Source: Vermamoeba vermiformis
Taxonomy: Eukaryota
DNA: 64,000 nucleotides
Direction: 5' to 3'
Assembly (NCBI GenBank): GCA_045837725.1
Contig: JBEWZL010000109.1
Coordinates: forward strand, 62,001 to 126,000
This document shows, piece by piece, positions 1-12,458 of this stretch. Under the pieces are notes generated by a model. That model ran no database searches. It worked only from the letters and a program-made list of their open reading frames with translations, and had not been told where the DNA came from. Within the stretch, counting starts at the first letter, position 1. Every line of letters begins with the position of its first letter. A program made the position numbers and the translations under genes.

Positions 1-71
1 ATTATATTATTTAACGTTAATTTAAAATTATATTTGAGATAAATATTATTCAGATCGCGATCAAGCCGTAC

Positions 72-192
72 CTTCACGCTCGCCACGACCACCTCTGCCT
101 CCGCGGCCACCAAAGCCACCTCGACCTCCACGACCACGATCACCGAAGCCACCACGACCTCCGCGGCCTCCTCGACCTCCTCTTCCTGACAT
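72..192 (-). CDS. First exon of an RGG/GAR-rich protein (GAR1/fibrillarin/RPS2-type N-terminus); gene runs off the window start
   Basis: ATG at 192 gives MSGRGGRGGRGGRGGFGDRGRGGRGGFGGRGGRGGRGERE followed by a GTACGG donor; family cannot be fixed from the RGG tract alone. Confidence 0.7.
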
Positions 193-368
193 TCTTCAGT
201 GTTGTTGTTCTGTTGATTTTCAAAATAAGTTTTGGATGTCCAACAACGCACCAATACATATGCTGAGTTCGGGTGAACCGGTGAGTTTTTATTATACAGG
301 CGCACTAAGTATTCAGATGTAACTGAGAAAAATCCGAATAATTAATAATGCGGATGCTGACTCGTCCG

Positions 369-3300
369 TCAAACCAGCTTCTTTTGGGCTCTTGCCTTGG
401 GCTTCTTCAAACCCTTCGGTCTGAACTTGCACGCTTGTTTCAAGATCAAGTTGCCAGTGATGTACTCCATGCAGTACATGCACGGTGAGTTGACGTCGCA
501 CCAGCTCAAACGCTTGATGCCAGCTTTAGTCTTGCGCGAGGGCATGCCATTAGTGCCGAGCATGTCTGCAATGTTGACGTCGCTCGAAACAGCCTCGTTG
601 AGGTTGACGATGTTTTCTTTGTCGTCCACCGCGCCGTTACTGCGCAGAGACCGCTTGACGCGCTTGTTAGGCTCGTAGCTGCCGTCAACGTCATCTTCTT
701 CACGCTTTCGACGACGACCAGGACCGGTAGCCGCGCGAGGTGCAAGAGGCGTAGCAGGCAACGAGACAGACATCTTGAGCGGTGTTGGGACTGCCAATGA
801 GTTCGAAGTCTTTGAAATGGTGTGATCCTGCACAGCTCCTGAGTGAGCAAAGTCGGACTCGGGACCGCCTCGGAAGTACCGAGTTTCGATCTTAGTTGTG
901 CCGATCTTCGTCTTGTTCTCAATCTGAACTGTGATGGTCACCAACTTCTCGATCATGTCCTCATCAGCAGGCTCCAAGTCAACTTCCATGTCTGACTCGC
1001 TGCTGGAAGGAATGTTCGGCACAGGCTTGGACAAGCCATCTTCAGGCAATTTCTCGTCAGTGGCGAGCAAGGACGAAGTCGAACTATCCTTGAGCTCCTC
1101 TGTCTTGATCTTGACGTCGGTGGCATCGCTCGAAGACTCGCTGACCTCACTAGTAGCGTTCAAGTCGATCTTGCTAATGTCCACCAACAATTGTGCTTCT
1201 TCAGGCTTTGCCTTGCTCAACTTGGCACGCATCTTAAAAGGCAAGCGGCGAAGGTTACCGTGTTCGATGAACGAAAGGGATCCGTCATTTTCGCTAGTGC
1301 TGTTTTCAGTGTTGTTATTTACATTGCTGTCGATACTGCAGTTGCTGTTGCTGTTCTCGATCTCCATCTCGTTTGATAGAACAGTAACTGTGTTACTCAA
1401 ACGAGTGGGCTCGATCTTGATTGGAGTGGCAGGCAACGACCAAGGCTCTTGCTTCGGAGGGACACGTGACTTTTGAAGCAGTTTTCTTCTGGTCTCAAAC
1501 TTTAGGGAAGCTAAAAATAGGTCGTAAGATTCTGATAAACTAAAATTAGTAAAATCGTTTGAAAACTTACGATAAGTGACGTGGATCTTGAGAGTCAAAG
1601 TGGTGTTGCCTTCAGAATCTGTCTCTTCATTGTAGTGGTGCGGATCATCTTCAGGAACGCAGAAGATGTTGTCCTCTTCGACAGGCTCATTGCTGTTATT
1701 ATTTACAACGATCGATTCGGGTTCTTCGACCGGTTGCAAAGGCAGTAAGTCACCAGAGCTGTTCAGATCCAGGGAATCGCTATTTACAAGTGAATCTTCT
1801 TTCTTTGGCGACGAACTGCCTTCGCAAGTCGAGAGCGGGGTGGTCATTGCATCGGAGGGGCGAGTAGCACTTTCAGAAGTGGTTGTCGGACGCACTTCCG
1901 AAGCGTTGCTGTTCTCAGATTTTACAATCTCTGATGCAGGGGTATGTACAGGGGTAGGGGATGGGAGTGTAGTGGTTTCGGTAATAAGGAGGGTGTTGTC
2001 TTCGTCGGTTGCATCGATGATTTCACGAGTTTCTTCTTTGATGATAGGAGCCAAGATCGGGCGTGAATCTGCGGCGAGTTGGATTGGTCTAGGAACAGGA
2101 ACGTCTGTCATAGCAACATCAATATCAGAATGATCGCTGCTATCAACGAGAGCGCTCCTCTTTCCTCGACTATTTTCAACGATGAGGTCGGTGATCTTGC
2201 AACTAGTTTGTGGTTTCAGATGATTGCTTTCAGAAACAAGCAAGAATTTGTAACGGAGGTTGCCATCGGGACCTTTCTCGCGCCAATAGAACTTGACTTG
2301 ATAAATGCCATCATAAGTCCAGCCTTGTTGAGGAGCAAATCCAGAGTTCAACTGGCTGCTGCGAACCAATCTCAAAGCAATCTTCTGCTCGTAGTTTGTT
2401 CGCAAAGCCTTGTTGTAGTGATTGTCCATCGACTGGTGCTCAAAAGGCGTTCCATTTCTGCGTCGACCTCCACATCCAGTATAGACGACTACTTTGCCAA
2501 GGTCAATGTCTTCACCGTAGCCGCCGCTCATCAATACAGACTCTGCTCCCTTCTTAGAGTTGCCGCATACGCCACCTAAATACGATCGATCAGAAAATGT
2601 TAGGGTTGCCAGACTTCAAAGAGATCTGTCAACGTGAAGAGGTTGATAGAGATCCCGATTGCGGCATCATACCGATCGGCTTTCTATGAACAGCTTTAGT
2701 CCATAATTCCGCGCGCTGCATAAAGCAGGCTCCCTCTTTATATTCGATGTTGCCGTAAAGCTCTTTCACTTAAAGAGAGAAATTTTAACATAGAAAGGGA
2801 AACTAGAAGATACTAATCTCTAGCGCGATTTGTTGACTTTGAAACTATATATAGAACTACTAGGGTAACTACCTTTCAGACGAGTAGCACTAAGTTGCTG
2901 ATATTCCTTCGCAAGGGCCACATCTCGTGCGATCCGATCTAACGCAGCTTCATTCACTGGAACGAATTCTAACGAATAATACGTTAGATAGTGCATTCAT
3001 ATACTATTTACATGAGGCAGTGCTATTGTTGTTGCTTACTAATAATGTTACGGAAAGTAAGGTTGATTCGGATGCCCTCTTGGTTTCTGACTTTCGGGAC
3101 GCAGTGTTCGTAGTACTTTTGCACTATACAAATGCCGTTAGAGCAGGTTTACGACGGAATAAAAGCTCCGCGGTGAGGTATTTAGTTCTAAAAATAGCTG
3201 CGTCAAATCCGCTAAGTACCTTCACCGAACATAAGCAGCAGAGTGCCGTGTTCCAAATTTACGAACTTCTTTTCTTCTGTCAAGCCACTTCCCTTCTTGG

Positions 3301-4365
3301 GCCTCAAGAAAAACCTGCGGGTCCTACACCAAACAGTTAAAAAGTGACTGACGTCGGGTGAGATTTAGATTTGTATCAGAAAATCTGTTTCATGGATTGT
3401 TCGAGTAATAAAACGAGTACTTACGCTCCCAAAGATAACGAGGCAATCACAGATTTCTCACCGAGAGTCTAAATACAAACACTAGTGAGTGGTTACCGTT
3501 GCACGATCGGCTCGGGTGGAAAGTTCGCGGTCTCTTGCACCCCCGTTTTCAGGTAAATTTAAAGTCGCAAGAATGGCGCTTAAAGCGCGAATATATTTGA
3601 TATAAAGATCATAGATAAAAAGCAAGGCAAAGCCGTAACTCCGGATCGCCTTTTTGACCGACTTACATCCTCATCGTCTGAGTGCCAATTCATGTACATG
3701 TTTCCGTCGTCATACCGATTGCATAGGCACGAGTTAAATGGGCTGTTTGTTTCCTTCTCAATGAGTTGCTTAATCTCAGCAAGTTCGTTTGTCCAAGCGA
3801 TCGGCTTGCGAGGTATTCTTGAATAAACGTAATTGCACCCGTCTTCACCATACCAGGCGGTTTTCCTGGGCTCTAAAACAATGAAACAACGTTAGATAAC
3901 CGTAAGAGGACGCTTAGACAAGCAACACGGGAGAAGTTAGCGCTTTTTTTTGAAAATAAAAAATTAATAGGCAAAAGAGATTACAAAGCAGTTATTAATT
4001 GATTGAAATAGATAACGTATCGATACCCTAAACCAAGACCCATCGTAGGGTGCATTTGCAAAGGGAATCGATACAATAAAAGCGAAGATTTTTCGATCTG
4101 CACATCTGAAACAAAAGTAAGAATAGGAAAACAGCCGCAGATGAGCTTGCCACCCAAATGTGGGGCTTATCTCACCTAAAAAAAGCTGGCTCCACATCCG
4201 AATAGGCTTTTGCTGCCATTCTAAGCCCGTATCAAACGAGTTGAGGAAACCCGAGAGTTTTTCAGGATTACCCTCGCAGATCCGCTTGTAGAGAATAAAG
4301 CAGCCTGGGTGTCCTAATTCCAGACGATTCCAGCTGGTATCTTGTAGCAAGTGGTTGTTCTCCAT
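369..4365 (-). CDS. AlkB (ALKBH2/3-like) 2OG-Fe(II) dioxygenase fused to an SRA/YDG domain, long low-complexity linker and C-terminal CXXC-like Cys motif
   Basis: Exons 4365-4176, 3872-3667, 3468-3425, 3323-3220, 3123-3040, 2968-2873, 2768-2673, 2575-369; all GT-AG and phase-compatible. AlkB motifs EPRKTAWYG, FNSCLCNRY, WHSDDE, IASLSLGATRRF, YEHCVPK, RINLTFR. SRA motifs VHRKPIGGVCG, SVLMSGGYGEDID, YTGCGG, YDGIY. Confidence 0.88.
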
Positions 4366-4963
4366 TGCGTGAAAACAGAAAAATAGCGGCGTGCACGTCA
4401 CGTTTTTTTTGGCCTCCCCGTTTTTTTGGTGGTGAAACTCACTTTTATAAACTTTATTCATCGTTTTTTGTGTTCCCTGATTGCCTTTTGCCCGGGTCAA
4501 CTGTGCACTAACATCGCGACGCCGCTGCGAACATTTTCATATGCGATAATCCGCTCAGAACCATGGGGTAAGCGAGTTTTCTCAAGTGAGCGGCTAAGTC
4601 GCCACGATCCGCTCAATAATTACAGACAATACGGAGCAAGGGTTTTGCATTTTTTTAACGTGGATATTTTTTTTACACATTACTTTACGGGGTCATGAGG
4701 TTTTGGCAGTGTCCGCCTTCGTCAAGACTTTAATCTTCCGATTCGGCTCGAAGATGGCTAGATTGAGGAACTCCGGGCTTCGATACGAAAAATTATTTCG
4801 GGGCCATAATTTTTGGAGGGTGTTGTAGTCACTTACGCGTTCAGATAAAGAATCGAGACGAAAAAGCGAGAAAATCGTCTAATTTTTGGGCCGTTTTTTT
4901 AGGCCTGCTATTTCAGCATGATTGGCATCGATTGGTGAGCTATTCCGTCATTTTGTATTTCTC

Positions 4964-6631
4964 ATGGCGCTCTCTCACCTCGTAGCGGCCTCAGTGCAAG
5001 CAGCGGGCCTAATTATACTAAAGGATCAGTTCGATAATCCTGCGGCAGATGTTCAGAATCACTTTCTGCGCAGTTGGTCCGAAAGCAATAAGACAAAGTA
5101 CTTACAGATGATATATAACAACAGTATTCGAGATATCCAGCCGTTTTCAGTCACTTTTTTGGCGAGCAGAAGATTCGATGCCGAAGCTTTCCAAGCCTGC
5201 ACGCAAAAAATATTACAATAATTTTCATTTGTTTTACGTTTGATATCAAGTCTAAAAATCGCGCTAGAAATTCGTAACGTGCTGCTCGCTATTTTGTTTA
5301 AATTTTCTCAATCCGGAATCTTGTAAAGTTAATTACCTGACTTTTTAAATTTAGGCTCGTTACGGTAGTAAACCTCGACAACTCACAGAGGATTTATAAC
5401 GATGCTTTGAAAAATCCTGCAAGCAGCGCAGAGAAAAAAACAGTCTATTTTGTTGATGGGCACGTTAATCCGCTTGGCTGGGTTGATGACCAATCGATAG
5501 CCAAAGAAGCCGGCGGATCATCATCACCCTCAATCCAAGTACGATTAGAGAGCATAGATGCAGTTATCGACGCTATTCAAAAGGTGCCCGAAGGTAACTA
5601 AATCTAGGTCGAACTCCGACCAACCTACAACCCATTCATTACCAACCATTATTGATACCTTGTTACAAGTGATATTATTTTGAGTATTGTGGGTTGAAAA
5701 AATATCTGGTCCCTTTCATAAACAACCTCACATTCGGTTACTTACATCCTTTCTTGCAGCCAGCGGTAACTCCTTCATGCTCATAGACTCCATTAGTAGT
5801 CTTGTTCAGCGCTTTGGCGTCAATCCGGTTTGTCGCATGCTAACCAAGCTCGTATCTGGTGAAAAGGGTAATTAAAATTATAGGAAAACAACTCAATCTA
5901 GGCTATTGAGAAGCAACCCTTCCTTTTATTCGTATGCCTTACCTAATTTTGGATAATATTGTAGGTAAATACGCGTCTATTGTTGCCGTTTTGCACGAAG
6001 ATCTGCATTCGGATTTTGAAGTGAAGGCGCTAGAGCGTGTTGCTTACACCGTCGTGGCCTCAATGCCTCTACCTGACGTCGTGGGCGTCGATATTCATGG
6101 TTGCTATGAGATCATTCAAAAGAGAAAGTCAGGAAAAGTCTCCCGCGTGGTAAGCAACTCTGATTTTTGAAATTATTAGATCAATTTGCTGATTTAATCG
6201 ATATCAGCCCGAATATTATAAAGTGGAGGACATAGGCCGTCTCAAATTAATTACCGACTCTGAATTCCAAAAGCTGGTCGGCAAACAAGACGAAAGTGCT
6301 GGCGAACCGGAGAAGAAGGTAAGTGATGCTCGATCTGCTTCAAATTCGCCAAATTAGTCCGCTAATTGATGTCTTCGTCTTCATAGCCCCCTTCAGGCCT
6401 CACTTTCAATCTTGAATTGACTGAGGAACAAAGACAAGCCAAGGACAAGGTTGTTCTTCCGTACGAGCGACCTGCTGTTGAAGGTAAGCTCAATGAGCTA
6501 CGTTATGATTATACTGGCATATTTACTAATATACTCGAGCAGTTGGTGGCGCTGATGCAGGTACGATCTTTATCGATGAAGATGACGACGCGTTTGAGGG
6601 GTCAGATCCGGACGACGACTTGGATATTTAA
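4964..6631 (+). CDS. ELP5: Elongator complex subunit 5 (Iki1), multi-exon
   Basis: LIDSISSLVQRFG, IVAVLHEDLH, and the typical C-terminus LTFNLELTEEQRQAKDKVVLPY...DPDDDLDI*. Confidence 0.85.
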
Positions 6632-6747
6632 TCGCATCCTAATTCGCTTGTAAATTATTCTTGCTATTCTTGTAATAAAGCACCATGTAGATAGTTTATC
6701 CTTCGTCTTTTGTGGTCTGAAGCTCTGAATTCAGTAAAAATAGCATT

Positions 6748-8242
6748 TTATTGCAAATTTTCGAGAAGGTCATTTGTTCTTGCAATAACTTGGTCAATAT
6801 TTGGCCTTTGCTTAGGACTCGGATTTAATATCCATTTAATCAAGTCCGTAAATTGCTTTGAGTATCTAATTAAATGAAAAATAAAATTAATAAAAAATAA
6901 ACATCAGATCGCAAGTTAAAACTTACTGATTATCATCGGGGAAATCAAGCTTGGCATTATTAACGGCCAATCTAAGACTACCACCACGAGCAACAGCCAA
7001 TTCAAACGGATTATCATGATACGCCATAGCATACAAAACGCATCCAAGAGCCTTTACGATAAAATTATGAGAATGGGACCATTGAACAATAACATCCAAA
7101 CGAATGATATAAATGGCACATATTGATGCCTACTAACTTACCCAAATATCAACGGACTCGTCAATAGCTAGATCCTCCGAGTGCGGATCAATATCGAACA
7201 ATTCTGGAGCTCTATATACGGGTGTACTAGTTTCGGACGCGTCTTCAAGCATGGCTACAGACCCATGATACAATATTAGTGCATAATACATCATATAATA
7301 GCGTGCTATCAATTACCAAGTGTCTCTGCACGGTTCTTCGCGGAGATCCTGGCTGCTTCGACAGAGCCAAAGTCCATCAAAATTGGTGTATTGTCTGGTG
7401 TTAGAAGAACATTGTGAGGCTATATAATAATATGATTAAGCAGAGATTCTTAGGACGTGGTCGTATTAAGATTTTCAGATCCTGGGATCTGTTGACATAC
7501 TTTAATATCATTGTGCTTCAATACTGGATCGTTCTTATGGAACAAGCGCAGTGCTTCACAAATCTGAACGAACATTTTCAATACTTCGTCTTCTTTTAGT
7601 GAAAACGAAAACTTTTTCATCCGCTCGATCAGGTCTTGCAAACTGCCTTTCTGTAAATGTTAAATGTTAGCAAATGATATTAATTTGTAATTCCCGCACA
7701 CACGTACGGAATAATATTCCAGTAACAGCAAATATTCTTGCGCGCCATAGGAACTTTCTGAATCTATGACCGTGTAAGCCAACATCCGCAAGATGTTCTT
7801 ATGCTTGAAACGCTCGAATATTTCTACCTCTTGCATAGCTCTCTGCAAATTATATTTAGTTGGGTGTATAAAATAGAAACAAATGAAATTGAAGATTTCG
7901 GATTCGGTAGTAAAACTCGATTCTAATAAGCCAGAAAAAATCGGAAAAATATGGAAAAATTATTTATAGGTATGTATGGTTTAATTAGGTATTTTGATTG
8001 TCTGAGAAAATTCTCTATTTGTTTTAAAAATTAATTACTTTTTTCTGTGCAGGATCTTGCACTAACAGTTTTTTGACAGCGAATTCCTCGCCACTATCTC
8101 TATCTCGGGCCAAGTATACAACGGAAAACCCTCCTTCGCCGATTTTTTTCACTGTTTGAACTCGCCTTCCTCCGATGGTATATGTTTTTTGATCAGACCT
8201 TCCAAAGCAAGCTGAAAATATATCTGAGAAATTACACCACAT
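6748..8242 (-). CDS. STK16: STK16-like (NAK family) Ser/Thr kinase, multi-exon
   Basis: IGEGGFSVVY, FAVKK, HNDIKPHNVLL, ILMDFGS, TPVYRAPELF, SVDIWALGCVLYAMAY, SLRLAV. Confidence 0.85.
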
Positions 8243-8344
8243 GGCTGGTCTTTGTATGCTGATAATTGTGATAATTGAAAACTTGACTTTTTGGGACAAA
8301 TAGTTTTTTGATCGGGTAAAATTTCTACCGTTAGTCAGAGCAAA

Positions 8345-9726
8345 ATGCTGAGTGTCAACCACATCTTAGTTTCATATCGTGTATTTTCAAAGAAGGGTAA
8401 TACAATCAGTTGGCGCAGCTTTCGAGGCAGGTTTACTAACGTCAGATGCAGCTTTTGGCAGCTTTGTTCGCAAAATGTCAACGGCAACTAACAAATTAAT
8501 ACTTGTCAGCAAGCATACAGACGCATCTGGTAAGCAAATATGATATTTTTATTTTTTGAAATTTATTACTAATTATTTACGATTAATTCGAAGGTGCTGA
8601 CACTGGTGTTCGCGTTGTCAAGTTCAATAACCCGAGCAAATTGAATGCACTTAATGTAGATATGGGAAATGAATTTAATGTACGTAATATAACTTATGAG
8701 GTCAATACTAACGCGAGAAAAGGCGACTATGAAAGAACTCGGCAAGGACAAGGGTGTCCGTGCTATTGTATTGACGGGAGAGGGAAGGTATGCATTAAAT
8801 ATATATAGTAAACAATATTAAGCCAAAATTTGCAGAGCATTCTCCGCTGGAGGAGATCTGGACTTTTTGGTTGAACGAACAAAAGATCAACCGGTCAATA
8901 ACAGTCATATTATGCGGTAAGCTCAATATAAATTTAATACACTATTGTGTACTGATCGCTATGCGAAGAGAGTTTTATTCGCGCTTTTTGAGTTTCAGAG
9001 ACTTAGTTCACGTGCCCATTATCTCTGCCATCAACGGTACTTATCCTTAACGTAAATTAAATTAAATATGATACTAATACATTACGAATAGGTCCTGCCG
9101 TTGGTGCTGGTCTTTGTTTGGCCTCAGCAACTGATATTCGCATTGCTGCACACGACGCAAAGATGGGTTACAACTTTGTCGCGCTCGGTCTTCACCCTGG
9201 TACGTAGCTAGTATAGTGCCTTTATATACGTGTGATATTTAACCATTTCATCAAGGTATGGGTGCCTCTTATTACTTGCAGAAGTTGGTTGGCCCTCAAA
9301 TTGCTTTCCGATTGCTGTTGGTAAGTAACTTTGTGGCGTGACTTACGACATACTAATGCGAGAACGCGTCTTCAGACAGGAGAATTGATTACAGGCCAGC
9401 AAGCTAAAGAATTGGGATTAGTATTGGCGTCATATGAAAAAGACCAAGTACTCCCCGAAAGCTTGAAGTTAGCGGAAGCCATCGCTGCCAACGCTCCCGA
9501 AACAGTTAAACACACGACTGTGACTCTGAGAATGCACCAAGATGTTGGTCTCGATGCCGGCTTGCAACGGTAATGCTTGGAGACATTTTGCCTCGAGTTG
9601 AGACTAATGATATTGCTCCTTAGCGAGGCTGATGCGCAAGCACTGAGCTATGCAGGTAGTGAAATCAAAGAAGGTCTAGCGGCAGCTAAAGAAAAGAGAA
9701 AGCCCGAGTTCAAAGCAAACCTTTAA
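8345..9726 (+). CDS. Enoyl-CoA hydratase/isomerase (crotonase) family, probably mitochondrial
   Basis: Spliced exons give [58 protein letters not shown]; the N-terminus looks like a basic presequence. Confidence 0.9.
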
Positions 9727-9854
9727 GAATAAACAACAGCTCGCGAGAGATATTCACTTCAAGGAAGTTTTATTGTTACTCTTGAGTACACCACTATTCA
9801 CAATATACCCCACTAACCCACTAAAGTATAATACTATCTAACACATTAAACCCA

Positions 9855-11682
9855 TTACAGTTCAGTTTTAGGATTCGAGTCTCCACCGCGCAACATTGGC
9901 AACACGGAGAGCTTGAAGTAGTACCAGCCAATCAAGAACAGCACCACCATCACGAAGAAGAGCACGGGCTGGAACAAATGAAGGTTGAGCGGTTCGATGT
10001 TGATGAAAGCACGAATGCGTCTGATGGCTGGCGTGTTGACCTCGAGGGGCGGGCAATATTCGCCAGGACCGTACACGAGCCACTGATCTCCTGCTTTGTG
10101 CACTTTGCCCTTGTCGTCACGGAACTGTTCGCGAGCACTGACCCAAATCGCTTCTTCAGGGCTCAACAGAATGACTCGCTGCACAACACCACTCTCGAGT
10201 GCTTCACCTGGCTTCAAGAAGAAGGCGATACTTTGACGCTTGCCGTCGATCACTTCACCACGCACTAACTTTCTGACTCCCAATTGAGGCTTGCCGTCTT
10301 CACCAACAGGGATTGACAATAACACTAGGCAAAGTCAGTCCAAACTATCCAAGCTTAGATCCAGCAATTGAGGTACGTACCAGTAGCTCTGCTCATCGAC
10401 AATAGTTATCTTCACTTGTTGCGTGACTTCTTCATTGACGTCAGGGATGTAGGCCTCGCTGACGTCTTTAGTGACCAACCTATTTGCAACAAATGGCGTT
10501 AGTCATGATAATTTTCAATTGCCACGTCAGATATTTTGTTCGGTTCACTGAACCATTTTCACTGAACGCTTACCATTCCTCACCAGCACGACGAGACACG
10601 CCTCGACTGTCAACGAACGTTCTCTTCGCCTTCAAATGCAAGCTACAACTGCGCGTTAGAACAACACAAAGCTGACGTCAGACAATTGTTGCACACTTAC
10701 GCATTGACGTCGGTCAAAATGTACGCGTTGACGACCTCCACGACGACTTCATTCACGTCAGGCAAGTACGCGCCTTCTTGTTTCACGAGCCACTCTTCAC
10801 CGGCCTTGCGCTTGACTCGTTGGTAATCCACGCAGTCGTCTTTAGCTCGCAGTTTGAGGGCTTGATTGGGCTTGAGAATGATGGCGCGCACCGTGGCCAC
10901 GATTTCAACCTCGGGCTGCGGGTAATAGGTCTGCGGGCCTTTAAAGTGCCACTCTTCACCTGCACGACGGAAGGCTTTGGCGTAACGATCTTCAAAGTCG
11001 CGCTTGGATTTCAATTTCAGCGCGGTGTACTCTTCGACGATTTGTAGCGGTTGAATGTTGCCTTCGAGCTTTTCACCTGGATAAAGAGGAAAAGGATCTT
11101 GTTCAAATCTGATCTCTTGGTCTCCGTGGCGTAATCGAGCTTGTCCGTATTCATCCATAAGCTAGAAATTGGTTAATTAATTTATAGATTGCAAGGAAGG
11201 GTAAAACGTACAACGATATCGCCAGATTCTCCGGATTTCTTCAAGACCGGGTTAGAAATAACGGCAAAGTGGCGTGGCGGAATAGTAATCATCTTTGCAG
11301 GGCCCAACACCACTATGAATATTAGAGCGTTAGATATTTTAAATAAAGACTGCGGTGACGTCAACAGTTCAATTATTTCTTTGAAAATACCATTAATTTT
11401 GATCAGTTAATACACCCAAATTTAATTATAGTCGAGCTATAATAATGGCTAATTTATTTGATTTTATGAACAATAAATTTTGAATTTTCTTTGTTATTTT
11501 TGGATGTCTTACCTTTCTCGTGTTCCAAGCATGTAAATGTTTTAGGACCAGTCTCTACTGTGACCACGTTTCTATTGGTGTCCAAAATATGCAAGTAATG
11601 GAACGGCGGAATTCTTGATTGAATGTTAACGACAAAGACCTTAGCATAGATCCGTGCTTGCTTACCTGATAATATAATCCAT
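9855..11682 (-). CDS. Major vault protein-like: repeats R1-R7 only, plus C-terminal transmembrane helix and KTEL end; apparent 1-nt frameshift at 10309-10311
   Basis: [49 protein letters not shown], three RxAGEEW repeats, GKPQLG, FFLKPGE, KAGDQWLVYGPGEY; ends FQPVLFFVMVVLFLIGWYYFKLSVLPMLRGGDSNPKTEL*. Confidence 0.9.
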
Positions 11683-12247
11683 GCTTGTACGTGTGTTATA
11701 GCTGTAACCAACGGTTAATGACTAAAACAGCCCTCGCTGCGAAATTATTTGCCTGCCACAAACAGCACGTGAGAAAAAAAATGGATTTGACGATCGTCAA
11801 ATTGCTGCGTTGAATTTTTGCTTCATCAACTTCAAGTAGGAAATTCAATGCGAACATAGCAATATTGATCGGTGATTTAGTGGTACTCTTGCAAGTGATT
11901 GTCGCTGAAGTTTGTATAAAGTTGATAAAATCGCTAGGGACAAATTGCAGTGGATTTTTCTGTCTGCCATACATTCGATATCAAACAACCACTACTAGTC
12001 ACATTTACAATAATGAATACTGTACAATGGACAAACAAATTAGGCAGCATTTGCCGCGCAGATGCGATTATTGTCTCTCCAACCGCGACTTGGTGCTGTT
12101 TTATGCGCGAGAACGGACTTCACCCTGCTTTTAGGCAATTGCAGTATGATACTTTTCTAGGGTAAGGACTTTAACGTCAAACTCACCAAATTTAATAATT
12201 ATCAAAATCAAAATCTAAATTATTATTAGGTATATTCGGGAAATTAC

Positions 12248-12458
12248 CAACGACACCATCTCCTGCCATAGTATCGATGTTGGCTATCAACATATAACCT
12301 TCTTCGTAATTAAGGATATGGTCCACCTTCCCGAGCTTTTGTTGCAGGATTTGGTCGTCGGAATTCTTCCTGACATCTATGTCGGCCCGCACTCTTTTGT
12401 GCAGCCACAGTACCCCTCTTTGGAAGATATAATTGACGAGATGGAGGATCTCTGGACC
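12248..12458 (-). CDS. Possible internal exon of an unrecognised small gene or gene remnant
   Basis: Open frame GPEILHLVNYIFQRGVLWLHKRVRADID...AGDGVV bounded by TAG acceptor and GTAATT donor; flanking exons could not be joined cleanly. Confidence 0.3.

Noticed and set aside
75-190. CCACGACC/CCTCG repeats at the window start
   Set aside because: Coding RGG repeats, not telomeric or mobile-element sequence.
931-2579. Long + strand ORFs antisense to the SRA exon, and similar antisense ORFs elsewhere (e.g. 51473-52054)
   Set aside because: Shadow frames of real genes with no recognisable motifs.
7495-7520. HNDIK instead of HRD in the kinase catalytic loop
   Set aside because: The catalytic Asp and Lys are intact, and HND occurs in other STK16-like kinases; not a pseudokinase.
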